A stretch of DNA of 64,000 nt, taken from an uncultured delta proteobacterium. Lineage in GTDB: Bacteria > Desulfobacterota > BSN033 > UBA1163. This document shows positions 1-8,830 of this stretch, one piece after another. Within the stretch, counting starts at the first letter, position 1; each line of letters starts with the position of its first letter. The position numbers and the translations under genes were made by a program. Location of the stretch: positions 64,001 to 128,000 of the forward strand of contig CAVPSJ010000014.1 in NCBI GenBank assembly GCA_963708295.1. Reading direction: 5' to 3'. Under the pieces are notes generated by a model. That model made no database searches and was not told the origin of the DNA. It was given only the letters and a program-made list of their open reading frames with translations.

Positions 1-819
1 GTGAAGTCCTCCCGGTTGCTCCGTGCATTCAAATCCCCAGGCCCCGATCTCCGTGGCGCCCACATGATCGTAAACCTTGGCGCCCCAGGCTTCTTCCATT
101 CTCTTCTTCGTTGCCGGGATGCTGGCACCAGGCTCCCCGGCGCAGGTGATCTTACGGATGGTCAGATCTCGAGCCGGATCGATCCCCAGTTTCTTTCTTG
201 CGGTGTCGGCCATTCCCAACACATAGGTGGGAGTTGCCATCATGGCGGTTGCCCGAAGTTCCTGGATTTTGAGAATGCGGGCCTCGGTATCGAGCACTCC
301 GCCCGGGATGACTTCACACCCGACTTTTTCGGCGGCGTAATGGCCTGCCCAGAAGGCAACGAAGATGTTGTACCCGAAAGGCAGAAAGACCCGGTCTGTT
401 TTTCGGTAACCCTGTGCATAGAGGATATAGGCCCAGCATTCGGACCACCACTCCCAATCCTGCCAGGTATCGGGCTGATACACGGGTAACCCGGTCGTCC
501 CGCTCGTCTGCCGAAATTCAGTGACTTCTTCTAAAGGAACACAGAGGGCATCTCCATACGGAAAAGGATCCTTCCTCTGGATATCCCTCATCATTGCCTT
601 TTCCACCTTCGGGACCTTGGCGATATCTTCAAGAGTTTTGACGTCGCCGGGCCTCAGTCCCGCCTCGTGATAGAGCTTTCGATGAAACTTCGACTTGTCG
701 TAGGCCCATTTCAGAATCTTTTTGAACTTTTTGATCTGAAGCTCCTGTAGTTGCTCAAGAGGAAGGGTTTCCGTAATCGGGTTCCAGTAGACATCGGTTT
801 TTCTTGGAGTTGTTTTCAT
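1..819 (-). CDS. Phenylacetate-CoA ligase (PaaK)-family acyl-CoA ligase, 3' end runs off window
   Basis: Manual translation from ATG 819: MKTTPRKTDVYWNPITETLPLEQLQELQ...EFRQTSGTTG (P-loop)...CAGEPG...YDHVGATEIG; open to window edge. Confidence 0.85.
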   Translation of the reverse strand, partial: MKTTPRKTDVYWNPITETLPLEQLQELQIKKFKKILKWAYDKSKFHRKLYHEAGLRPGDVKTLEDIAKVPKVEKAMMRDIQRKDPFPYGDALCVPLEEVTEFRQTSGTTGLPVYQPDTWQDWEWWSECWAYILYAQGYRKTDRVFLPFGYNIFVAFWAGHYAAEKVGCEVIPGGVLDTEARILKIQELRATAMMATPTYVLGMADTARKKLGIDPARDLTIRKITCAGEPGASIPATKKRMEEAWGAKVYDHVGATEIGAWGFECTEQPGGLH

Positions 820-820
820 T

Positions 821-1234
821 TCATCCTTTCTTCCCAGTACCGGCAGGCAGAAGTTTCTCAAGAATCCGGTCTGACAGTTTTCCGGTAAGGTTCTCTATGA
901 TTTTGATCTCCTTCGGGGTGATGTTGTCCCAGTGAATGCCGGCGGTCACCACCACGGTTTTTCTCAGCTGTGCAGCCAGCTTTTCGGAAATTTTTTTGAC
1001 CAGCCTATCCTCTTTATGCCCCGGGAAAGTAAAGTTGGAAGAGGTTGCGCTCCATTGATGAGGGTTCTTTAGGCTTTGCCTTGGAGCCGCTATTCCGACG
1101 GCGCCGATGTGGGGTCGAGTCCCCCCCCATACGGAGACCAGGATGTCTTGGCCCACCTCTTGAACAAAACCATAAGTCTTGAATCGGCCTCTCGAAGTTT
1201 CAACAAGAAATCTTTTCATGGGGGCGGTTTCCAT
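821..1234 (-). CDS. LpdD-like prenylated-flavin (prFMN) chaperone
   Basis: GQDILVSVWGG..PHIGAV...FPGHKED...VTAGIHWD signature; directly downstream of ubiX; start ATG 1234 or 1219. Confidence 0.7.
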   Translation of the reverse strand: METAPMKRFLVETSRGRFKTYGFVQEVGQDILVSVWGGTRPHIGAVGIAAPRQSLKNPHQWSATSSNFTFPGHKEDRLVKKISEKLAAQLRKTVVVTAGIHWDNITPKEIKIIENLTGKLSDRILEKLLPAGTGKKG

Positions 1235-1511
1235 TTTAAAAAGTCGAAGCCTTTTTGTCAACCTTGATTTATCTCTTGCCAACGTCCAGTTTTTCCTTGC
1301 CCGCGACCGGGGTAAATCCCCTCCGAGGCTTCATAAGGCCTGCGTTGAGGGAAAACGGGATGAATCCGTCCGAGGTTTGAAACAGGGTTTTCCGTTGAAA
1401 CGCTTGCAGCCAAACCCTAAAAAGGTTGGGCCTAGTCCGGGCAATCAGAGAACACCTTTGCTCTGTAGGCATAGACGGAATGAATAGAGTATGGGAAGAG
1501 AATGGAGCGGG

Positions 1512-2078
1512 CTATTTAGACTCGGTCCCCCATCTTTTAAAAAGCTTTGCATCCATCGAGAAGAGGTCGAGGACCTTCCCGATGGTTTGATGAATTAAAT
1601 CCTCAATGGTCTTCGGATGATGATAAAAAGCAGGCAGGGGGGGCATGATAATCCCTCCCATTCTTGTGACCTTGAGCATCAGTTCAAGATGTCCCTCGTG
1701 AAGGGGTGTTTCCCTGACCAGGAGGACAAGCCTCCTCCTCTCTTTCAACATCACGTCGGCAGTTCTTACAAGCAGGTTATGACTGTACGAATTGGCAATC
1801 GCAGAAAGGGTCTTGATAGAACACGGAGCGACCACCATCCCATCCACCTTGAAGGAACCACTCGCCAAAGGGGCAGTGAGATCCCCTTCCTCATAAACAT
1901 GGGAAGCCATTGATTTGAGTTCGTTGATTTTCACGCTCGTCTCAATCTCCAAGTTCTTTAAGCCGGCCTGAGTGATGATGAGATGGATCTCAACCCCCAG
2001 GTTAGAAAGGACTTTGAGGAGTTTAACGCCGTAAATTGCACCGGAGGCACCCGTAATCCCTACGACGATACTGTTCAT
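1512..2078 (-). CDS. ubiX: Flavin prenyltransferase UbiX
   Basis: VGITGASGAIYG, ASGS, APCSIKTL, LVRETPL, PAFYHHP motifs. Confidence 0.95.
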   Translation of the reverse strand: MNSIVVGITGASGAIYGVKLLKVLSNLGVEIHLIITQAGLKNLEIETSVKINELKSMASHVYEEGDLTAPLASGSFKVDGMVVAPCSIKTLSAIANSYSHNLLVRTADVMLKERRRLVLLVRETPLHEGHLELMLKVTRMGGIIMPPLPAFYHHPKTIEDLIHQTIGKVLDLFSMDAKLFKRWGTESK

Positions 2079-3350
2079 CTAAGATTCTTTCCTCTTCAAA
2101 CTTTCTTTGAGGGCCTCAACTACGGCCACGGCAAACTGAGACTTGTTGATATCTGTGTTCACTTCTACGACCTTGATCCCAGGGTCTAAATACTTTCTTA
2201 AGGCATCGACAAAGGCTTTATCTGCGATGGGATCGTAAAGAGCCCCTCCTTCTACACTCAGAGAAGAGAATCCTTTTTGGGGGATGACAAACTTCAGTAA
2301 ATTCTTGTTTGGATACTGATTTAGCTTTTCAGCCACGGTTTTGGCAATGGTTTCCATCTCTTCAACGCTTGTTCTTGCCTGAACTCTCATGGCATCCTGG
2401 ATGAGGAGCTTTCTCTCCGCCAATTTCCTGGAGACCCAGAGCGGATCTCCTTTGTCCCTTCTCTCAATGGGACCGCAGCTGATCATGTCAAAGCCACAGG
2501 GAGAGAGGATATAAGGAATGGGCGTCCGGAGAGCTGCATCCAGCCGGTTGGGTCCGGAGGCTCGATTGCCTCCGAAAAGATATTCGCTGAAACTTGCCGG
2601 GACCAGGTCGATAAAGGCTTCGAAGAACCCTTGACTGACGAGGTCCACGGCGGCACGGTCCCCGATACCGGTCGCATGAAACGAGATGAGGTCATAGTCT
2701 TTTTCCAGAAGTTCCCTGACGTAATGAGCCCCTTTATCGCAGAAACCAAATTCGGTGAGGGCGATCGAAGGCTTCTTCTCTTTCATAACAGGTTCCAGCC
2801 TTTCAACCATTCCAGCGATCGCATTGGCACCGTTCACAGCCAGCGTTCTTACCAATGGGTTTAAGCCTACCGTATCGACCACACTGTGCATGACTGTGAT
2901 GTCCCTGACCCCAAAATAATCTGCGAGTCTGTTGGCATAGGCCGGCATGGCGGTGACACTTGAAATGAGAAGCTTGGGGACCCCGAAAGGTAAAGCTCTC
3001 ATCGCTGTCAGGGTAAGGAAAGTTCCGGTCATGCCCGCAATGGCAATCATCCCCTTCAGCTCATCCGCTTGATAAAGCTGAGTCACTTTCTTAGACAGTC
3101 CCTCTGCCACCATGGAAGTTGCTTTTTCCCTCTCCTTGGCCAGCATTCCCTTAATTTGCTCGATGCTCCCTCCGCCCAGCTTGGCGATCTCCGCACAGGT
3201 CACATCTGCTTTCAACGAGGAAACAATCGCCCCTGTGCCGATGCTGATGTCAATCAGGAGTGTTTTATGCCCCCGTTTCTCTATCTTCTCCTTGATGATC
3301 TTGAGAGCTTCCTCTCTTTCATCCAACATCCCCACAATCACGATGGACAT
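2079..3350 (-). CDS. Tm-1-like ATP-binding (UPF0261) protein, copy 1
   Basis: GMLDEREE, ALPFGVPKL, HSVVDTVGLN, FHATGIG, P.KGFS motifs; abuts ubiX. Confidence 0.85.
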   Translation of the reverse strand: MSIVIVGMLDEREEALKIIKEKIEKRGHKTLLIDISIGTGAIVSSLKADVTCAEIAKLGGGSIEQIKGMLAKEREKATSMVAEGLSKKVTQLYQADELKGMIAIAGMTGTFLTLTAMRALPFGVPKLLISSVTAMPAYANRLADYFGVRDITVMHSVVDTVGLNPLVRTLAVNGANAIAGMVERLEPVMKEKKPSIALTEFGFCDKGAHYVRELLEKDYDLISFHATGIGDRAAVDLVSQGFFEAFIDLVPASFSEYLFGGNRASGPNRLDAALRTPIPYILSPCGFDMISCGPIERRDKGDPLWVSRKLAERKLLIQDAMRVQARTSVEEMETIAKTVAEKLNQYPNKNLLKFVIPQKGFSSLSVEGGALYDPIADKAFVDALRKYLDPGIKVVEVNTDINKSQFAVAVVEALKESLKRKES

Positions 3351-3412
3351 GCTTTATCCTCCGTTCCGCTTTCCTAATACCTTGCCCTTTGCTCTATGCC
3401 CTATGCGATATT

Positions 3413-4810
3413 TCACAGACCGAGGTCTGACCACTTTGCCTTTATCTTTTTGACCATGTCTGCATCGAGTTCAATCGGAACAGGTTTTTCCTTCCATTCA
3501 AAGGGTATCGTGGCATCCATGATGATCCGGGAGGTGATATCCCTTTGCTCGATGGGAAGAGAAGGATCCAAGGGGGTAGATCTTCCGCGATTGATGATCT
3601 GAGACCGACTCGGTTGGAACCTGAAACTGAGCGCCCATAGGACACGGGGCAAATCCCAGGGATCAATATCCTCATCCACGACAATCACGGTCTTTAAACC
3701 ATAAGCGCCCATCTCAGTGGAGATGGCCGCTGTGCCTACCTGGTTGGCATGGCCAGGATACATCTGCTTGACAGAGATGATCGCGACGAACCTTCCCGCC
3801 CCTTCCGGTGGGCAGTACACGGCTTTTATTCCCGGGATCCTCATGGCTACAAGTTCCTGCCAAAGTGTCGCACCGTAGGTCAAAGCCATGGTCATATGCG
3901 TGTCGGTCACAGCCCTTCCTACGGTCGTAAACCAGAATATGGGATTATTCCGATGAGTGATGCAGTTAATTTTGATAAAATTTCTTGGCGTCGCCCCAAC
4001 TCCCGAATAATAGCCCGTGTATTCTCCGAATGGGCCCTCAGGCTTCGTGGTTTCAGCGTCTACTTCTCCCTCCACCACGATTTCAGCACTTGCCGGGACA
4101 GGAAGGTCGACTGTCTCTCCTTTGACGACCTCTATCGGTTCACCCCGAATCGCACCGCCGAAGTCATATTCTGACTCAAAAGCAGGCAACCTCGCGGCGC
4201 CCATCAAAAACATCAGGGGATCCCCTCCGATGGCCACAATCACAGGCATCGGTTTCTTAAGCGATTTATATTTCTGAAGCATGATATCAGCATGCTTTCC
4301 TTTGATAAATTGGCAACCGAGTGTCTTCTCGTCCAACACCTGAAGTCTGTAGACACCCACATTCAACCATCCGGACTCGGGATCCTTCGAAATGGTGTAG
4401 GCCGTGGTGCCGAAAAAACGTCCCCCATCCTTCGGAAAAACTTTGGGAACCGGGAATTTGAGAAGATTGATCTGATCGCCTTTCAGCACGTTCTCCTTAC
4501 AGGGTCCACTTGCCACGAACTTGGGGGGTTTTTTATTGGCCGTCCTTTTTACCCACTCCCTCATGAGTTCAACCAGACTCGTATTCTTGGGCATGCTCAT
4601 GATCAGGGACAACCTGGATGTCGTTGTACAGACACTGGAGATCACTTGACTGGGATAGCCCTTGACTTTTTCGAACAGGAGAGCGGGTCCCCCCTGTTCT
4701 TCATTTAGTTTCGCAATGTGCGACATCTCAAGATCCCAATCTACCTCCGGTTTTATCCTTTTGAGCTCCCCTTCCTTCTCGCAAAGTGATATAAAACTTC
4801 TTAAATCCAT
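3413..4810 (-). CDS. ppcB: UbiD-family carboxylase, phenylphosphate carboxylase beta subunit-like
   Basis: MDLRSFISLCEKEGELKRI..EVDWDLEMSHIAKLNEE.GGPALLFE resembles Thauera PpcB N-terminus; EGPFGEYTGYY catalytic motif. Confidence 0.8.
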   Translation of the reverse strand: MDLRSFISLCEKEGELKRIKPEVDWDLEMSHIAKLNEEQGGPALLFEKVKGYPSQVISSVCTTTSRLSLIMSMPKNTSLVELMREWVKRTANKKPPKFVASGPCKENVLKGDQINLLKFPVPKVFPKDGGRFFGTTAYTISKDPESGWLNVGVYRLQVLDEKTLGCQFIKGKHADIMLQKYKSLKKPMPVIVAIGGDPLMFLMGAARLPAFESEYDFGGAIRGEPIEVVKGETVDLPVPASAEIVVEGEVDAETTKPEGPFGEYTGYYSGVGATPRNFIKINCITHRNNPIFWFTTVGRAVTDTHMTMALTYGATLWQELVAMRIPGIKAVYCPPEGAGRFVAIISVKQMYPGHANQVGTAAISTEMGAYGLKTVIVVDEDIDPWDLPRVLWALSFRFQPSRSQIINRGRSTPLDPSLPIEQRDITSRIIMDATIPFEWKEKPVPIELDADMVKKIKAKWSDLGL

Positions 4811-4907
4811 AAGCGGCCTCCTTTGGATTTTTATTTTGGTTCTAAAGTATAAACATTGACTTGACATGTCAATTTATTTCTAATAATAGTTTATAAGAAA
4901 AACTGAT

Positions 4908-5813
4908 ATGTATTCCTATTCCTTAAATTCTCTCATTGTCTTTTATGAAGTCGTGCAACTGAAGAGTTTCTCCAAAGCAGCAGAGGTGCTCTGCCTGACC
5001 CAGCCCGGCGTTTCCAATCATATTGCACAGTTAGAGGTTCAAGCAGGGCGCCCTCTTCTGAAAAGAGAGAAGGGGGCCATTGAGCTGACCCCGGAAGGAA
5101 AGGTGATTTTCAAATATGCAGAGAGGATCGTCAACGTCACGGAGGAATTGGAGAAAAGAATCAAGATGATGCACGAAGAGGTGAAGCCCCATCTCAACGT
5201 GGGTACGACCCCAACCTATTCAAAGGCCATCATGCCAGAGCTTCTTGGGAGCTTTCAGAAAGCGTTCCCTCAAGTGATGATTAAACTGGATACGGGAAGC
5301 TCGGAAGAGATGGAAAAGACCTTGCTCTCTGGCCATAATGATATTGTCATCGTCGCAAACCCGACCCTATCCAAGAAACTACATGCCATTCCTTTTCTCA
5401 AGGAGGAGCTTGTCCTGATCACCCCGAAAGATCATATCCTCTCAAAGAAGGAGTCTATCTCGCTTCGCGAGATTAAGGATTATCCTCTTATCTTACGGGA
5501 GGAAGGGTCTGCGACGAGAAAGATTGTCCTTTCGGCATTGAAATCAATGAGGATAACCCCTTCTGTCCTCATTGAGGTCAAAAGCACAGACTTTATTAAA
5601 GAATGGGTTTCTAAAGGGAAGGGCATCTCCGTGCTGATCAAACGATCTATCCTTGAAGATGAGAAACGAGATCTAAAGATCATTTCCTTGGTTCCCCCCC
5701 TTCTCCTTGAGATTTCTATTCTGTTTCTGAAATCGATGAAATACAATATATGGATTCAAAAATTTATTGACCATCTGAGAAACCCTGCTTATAACCCTTT
5801 TCTCCAACGCTGA
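4908..5813 (+). CDS. LysR-family regulator (CysL/CmpR-like), divergent from ppcB operon
   Basis: SFSKAAEVLCLTQPGVSNHIAQLE HTH; REEGSATR. Confidence 0.92.
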   Translation: MYSYSLNSLIVFYEVVQLKSFSKAAEVLCLTQPGVSNHIAQLEVQAGRPLLKREKGAIELTPEGKVIFKYAERIVNVTEELEKRIKMMHEEVKPHLNVGTTPTYSKAIMPELLGSFQKAFPQVMIKLDTGSSEEMEKTLLSGHNDIVIVANPTLSKKLHAIPFLKEELVLITPKDHILSKKESISLREIKDYPLILREEGSATRKIVLSALKSMRITPSVLIEVKSTDFIKEWVSKGKGISVLIKRSILEDEKRDLKIISLVPPLLLEISILFLKSMKYNIWIQKFIDHLRNPAYNPFLQR

Positions 5814-5875
5814 ATGAATCGTTAACCCCCTCAGGCGAATCGTAAAGAGATTTTAGTAGATTGCAAAAAGTTGAG

Positions 5876-6003
5876 AACCCCGCCCACAGGGCGGGGCTTT
5901 AAAACCTAAATTCTTGACCAAAAATGAGATCCCGAAACAAGTTCGGGATGACAACAAGAGGGGAACCCAATCGTCATGTCATGCTGAACTTGTTTCAGCA
6001 TCT
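5876..6003. repeat. Cluster of REP-like palindromes
   Basis: CCCCGCCcacagGGCGGGG, ATCCCGAAACAAGTTCGGGAT(GAC), GTCATGCTGAACTTGTTTCAGCATC. Confidence 0.65.
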
Positions 6004-6104
6004 GGTTTGTTTTTTTTCTGCCTTCAGCAGACGCACCTTTCATCTCCGTCTATAGGAAGTGGTTTTCAGGCGCAATCTTAATAAATTTGTTTGGGGTATT
6101 AGGG

Positions 6105-6312
6105 GGTTGCTGAAAAAGTGATTATTTCTCAGGCTGCTCAAAAATGCCTAGATGCAAGGCTCCCGAGATCCTGAGAGTGTCGTCACGACGAATAAGGAGT
6201 GACTTCTTGCCACGCCGACGAGTTGGTGAGTCGGCTAGAGGCGTACCTGAACGTACGCCGTAATAACGAAGGATGAGGGAAACGAACCAGATGGACGTTT
6301 TTCAGCAGCCTG
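6105..6312. mobile_element. MITE family A, copy 1
   Basis: Terminal inverted repeats GG(T/C)TGCT(G/C)AAAAA ... TTTTCAGCAGCCTG; internal CGACGAATAAGGAGTGACTT.TTGCCACGCCG shared with 20891-21064. Confidence 0.7.
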
Positions 6313-6326
6313 TTAGATTTTGAGAA

Positions 6327-7553
6327 TTACTTGCGGTTGATCCTATTCGATCTGATCATTGCATCCAGGACATCGACCGCTCTCCGGGCAAAGGCAGGGT
6401 CACTGATATGAACATCCATCTCCTCAAGAGGGATGTGTGGCTGGAGGAGATTTTTTAGTTCTTCAACAAACACACGGTCTATCTTCGGATCAAAGAGCGC
6501 CATTCCCTCCTTATCCGCTTCGGACCAACCCTTCTTAGGAATGAGGATGTGAATGGGGCCTTTTGAACGGTTTAACTTTTCACCGATGATTTGGGCAAAG
6601 GCCTTCATTTCTTCAGGTTCCATACGGACACAGAATCGGGTATCATGGGAATGTATCCTTCTCCCTTGAAGCTGGTGGGGCATCGGATAAGAGGGACTGA
6701 AGACGGCATTGTCCAGCCCTCCGGGTGCCACCACGAGCGGAATTCCAAAGCGGCCTGCGGTTTCTAAGCGCATCGGGCCGATGCCCTTGCAGTATCCCCC
6801 GAACATCTCATCGGCTATCTCGTGGGTCGTGAAATCGAGGATACCCGCAACCAATCCTTCAGCAATAAACTCCTCCATGGCCATCCCACCGACTCCGTTG
6901 GCGTGGAAACCGATCATCTCGTATCCCTTTTCCTGAAGCAGTGGCTCTGCATAGGTGGCGCAGTATGAATTAATGCCGTACGCGGTCACCGCGACCATGG
7001 GTTTTTCTTTATTCATTTTTCTGCCTTTCTCGATCATTCCGGAGATGGCAGAGGCGACCTGTCCGAGGATGAGGCGCATGAATTCATTCAACCCCAGGAT
7101 ATCTGCTACGGAGTGGAACATGACAATATCTTTTGTTCCAATATATTCTCGCATATCTCGGGAGGCCACCGTGGAGAGCATGACCTTGGGTAGACCTAAA
7201 GGAAGGGATCGCATCATATGGGTAGCAACCGCTGTTCCCGTACCCCCTCCAATCCCCAAGACCCCGTCCAGTTTTTCGTCTTCTAAGAGGCGCTTCGTTA
7301 AGATTGTTCCGCCCTCCTGAATGGCTTTGATAGCCATGGAGCGATCCTTCTCTCTGATTAGATCCTCGAGATGATAACCCGCAGCCTCCAGCACCTCGGT
7401 TCGATGGATATCCGGAGGGGTCAACGGCTCTCCCAGGATTCCAACATCCATCAAGATAGGCTGTATACCGAGTTTTTGGACGCAGCCCTTGATATAAGCC
7501 GCTTCTCTCCCTTTGGTATCTAACGTGGCGATGATGAGAAGATGTTTTTTCAT
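6327..7553 (-). CDS. Tm-1-like ATP-binding (UPF0261) protein, copy 2
   Basis: ATLDTKGREA, GGGTGT, LPLGLPK.MLST, FHANGVGG.AME, D.TTHE..D. Confidence 0.9.
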   Translation of the reverse strand: MKKHLLIIATLDTKGREAAYIKGCVQKLGIQPILMDVGILGEPLTPPDIHRTEVLEAAGYHLEDLIREKDRSMAIKAIQEGGTILTKRLLEDEKLDGVLGIGGGTGTAVATHMMRSLPLGLPKVMLSTVASRDMREYIGTKDIVMFHSVADILGLNEFMRLILGQVASAISGMIEKGRKMNKEKPMVAVTAYGINSYCATYAEPLLQEKGYEMIGFHANGVGGMAMEEFIAEGLVAGILDFTTHEIADEMFGGYCKGIGPMRLETAGRFGIPLVVAPGGLDNAVFSPSYPMPHQLQGRRIHSHDTRFCVRMEPEEMKAFAQIIGEKLNRSKGPIHILIPKKGWSEADKEGMALFDPKIDRVFVEELKNLLQPHIPLEEMDVHISDPAFARRAVDVLDAMIRSNRINRK

Positions 7554-7662
7554 TACTTGTTCCGTTCTTGGTTTGGGGTCTCTTTCTATGAAGATGGTAT
7601 TGATGATCCTCCTCGTGGAGGGGATGGGAGAAACGATTTAAAGAAAATAGAATATCATAGAA

Positions 7663-7689
7663 GAAGCCCACCTCATCGGGCGGGGCTTC
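7663..7689 (-). terminator. GC hairpin just after ppsB stop (REP-like or terminator)
   Basis: GAAGCCC...GGGCTTC stem adjacent to stop. Confidence 0.4.
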
Positions 7690-7691
7690 GT

Positions 7692-8765
7692 TCAAATCTT
7701 CACTTTTGTAGGGGTAAAAGCTTTTTCAAACAATAATTCCAAACCAGTCTTTTTCCCAAGCACCGATTCCTTCTTCTTTTTACCCCAAACACTCTCAGGA
7801 CGAGCCTGAACGAGAAAGATGTTTTCAGGGAACGGAAGGCTTCTTGAGATACTATATTCTATATCTTGTGTGCACCCAAAGTGGGTCTCCACTTTTTTTG
7901 AAATCTTTGTAAGTTCTAGGATCTCCCTGTCTTCAAGGCATGGGGCTTTCCTCTTGTCGGCCGGCAGTTCCTTATACTCCATTTCCTTGGTCTTAGGGTT
8001 ATAGGCATATTCACTCCCCTTATCAGAGATCACCCTTTCCTCTATTTCGAGTGTCACCTTATCAACCAAATATCGATCGGGGGTTACGTTCCCCGAAACA
8101 ACCGCTTCGCCAAGGCCGAAACTCCCCTCAATGACCACTTTTGACTCATCCCCATTCACTGGATTCACTGTAAACATCACGCCGGCAGCCTTTGCATCCA
8201 CCATGGTTAATACCGCCACGCCAATCGGGTCATAATGCAAAGGGAGGCCCAATTTTCCCCTTGCAATCATAGAGCGGGTATTAAAAGTACTTGACCAGAC
8301 TCTTGTTACATTTTTAACGACATCCTCTGATCCGCTCACATTAAGATATGTCTCATATTGACCGGGATGGCTTACAGGGCCAGCCGAACGAGTAGCCACA
8401 TAGATGTTTTCACGTCCCGCGATCCTGCACAGCTCCAAATAATACTCCTTTACCGTCTTCTCCATATCGGAGGGCATCTTTATCGATTCAACCATTTCCC
8501 TTATGTCTTGAGACGCCTTGTCATACTTTAACGTATCAGAGACATTATTTGGATCTGCCTTGAAGTTCTCTAAATACTTTAACAAGCGTTCCGTGGCTTC
8601 AGTTTCATTCATAAATCTCTTGTATGCTTCCACACTGAGAGCATAGCCAGACGGTACATTAAACCCTCCCTTCATCATCTCTCCGAGGTTTGCGCATTTC
8701 TTCCCAACGATGGTGCTGTTCTCTTGTCCGAGCTCTTTCAGCCAGTATATCCATTTCTCCGGCAT
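7692..8765 (-). CDS. ppsB: Phenylphosphate synthase beta subunit-like (PEP-synthase nucleotide-binding domain only)
   Basis: VGKKCANLGEM, VATRSAG..SHPGQYETYLNV, GLGEAVVSG.VTPD, QDIEY, VQARPE; paired with ppsA. Confidence 0.8.
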   Translation of the reverse strand: MPEKWIYWLKELGQENSTIVGKKCANLGEMMKGGFNVPSGYALSVEAYKRFMNETEATERLLKYLENFKADPNNVSDTLKYDKASQDIREMVESIKMPSDMEKTVKEYYLELCRIAGRENIYVATRSAGPVSHPGQYETYLNVSGSEDVVKNVTRVWSSTFNTRSMIARGKLGLPLHYDPIGVAVLTMVDAKAAGVMFTVNPVNGDESKVVIEGSFGLGEAVVSGNVTPDRYLVDKVTLEIEERVISDKGSEYAYNPKTKEMEYKELPADKRKAPCLEDREILELTKISKKVETHFGCTQDIEYSISRSLPFPENIFLVQARPESVWGKKKKESVLGKKTGLELLFEKAFTPTKVKI

Positions 8766-8830
8766 ATTCGTCCCTTTCGTCATTTATCACCTATTGGGGG
8801 TACAGGAATCGTACCCCCAGGTGATCAGAC

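Noticed and set aside
1-489. 162-aa plus-strand ORF
   Set aside because: Antisense shadow of the PaaK-like gene, which the ORF track missed because it runs off the window.
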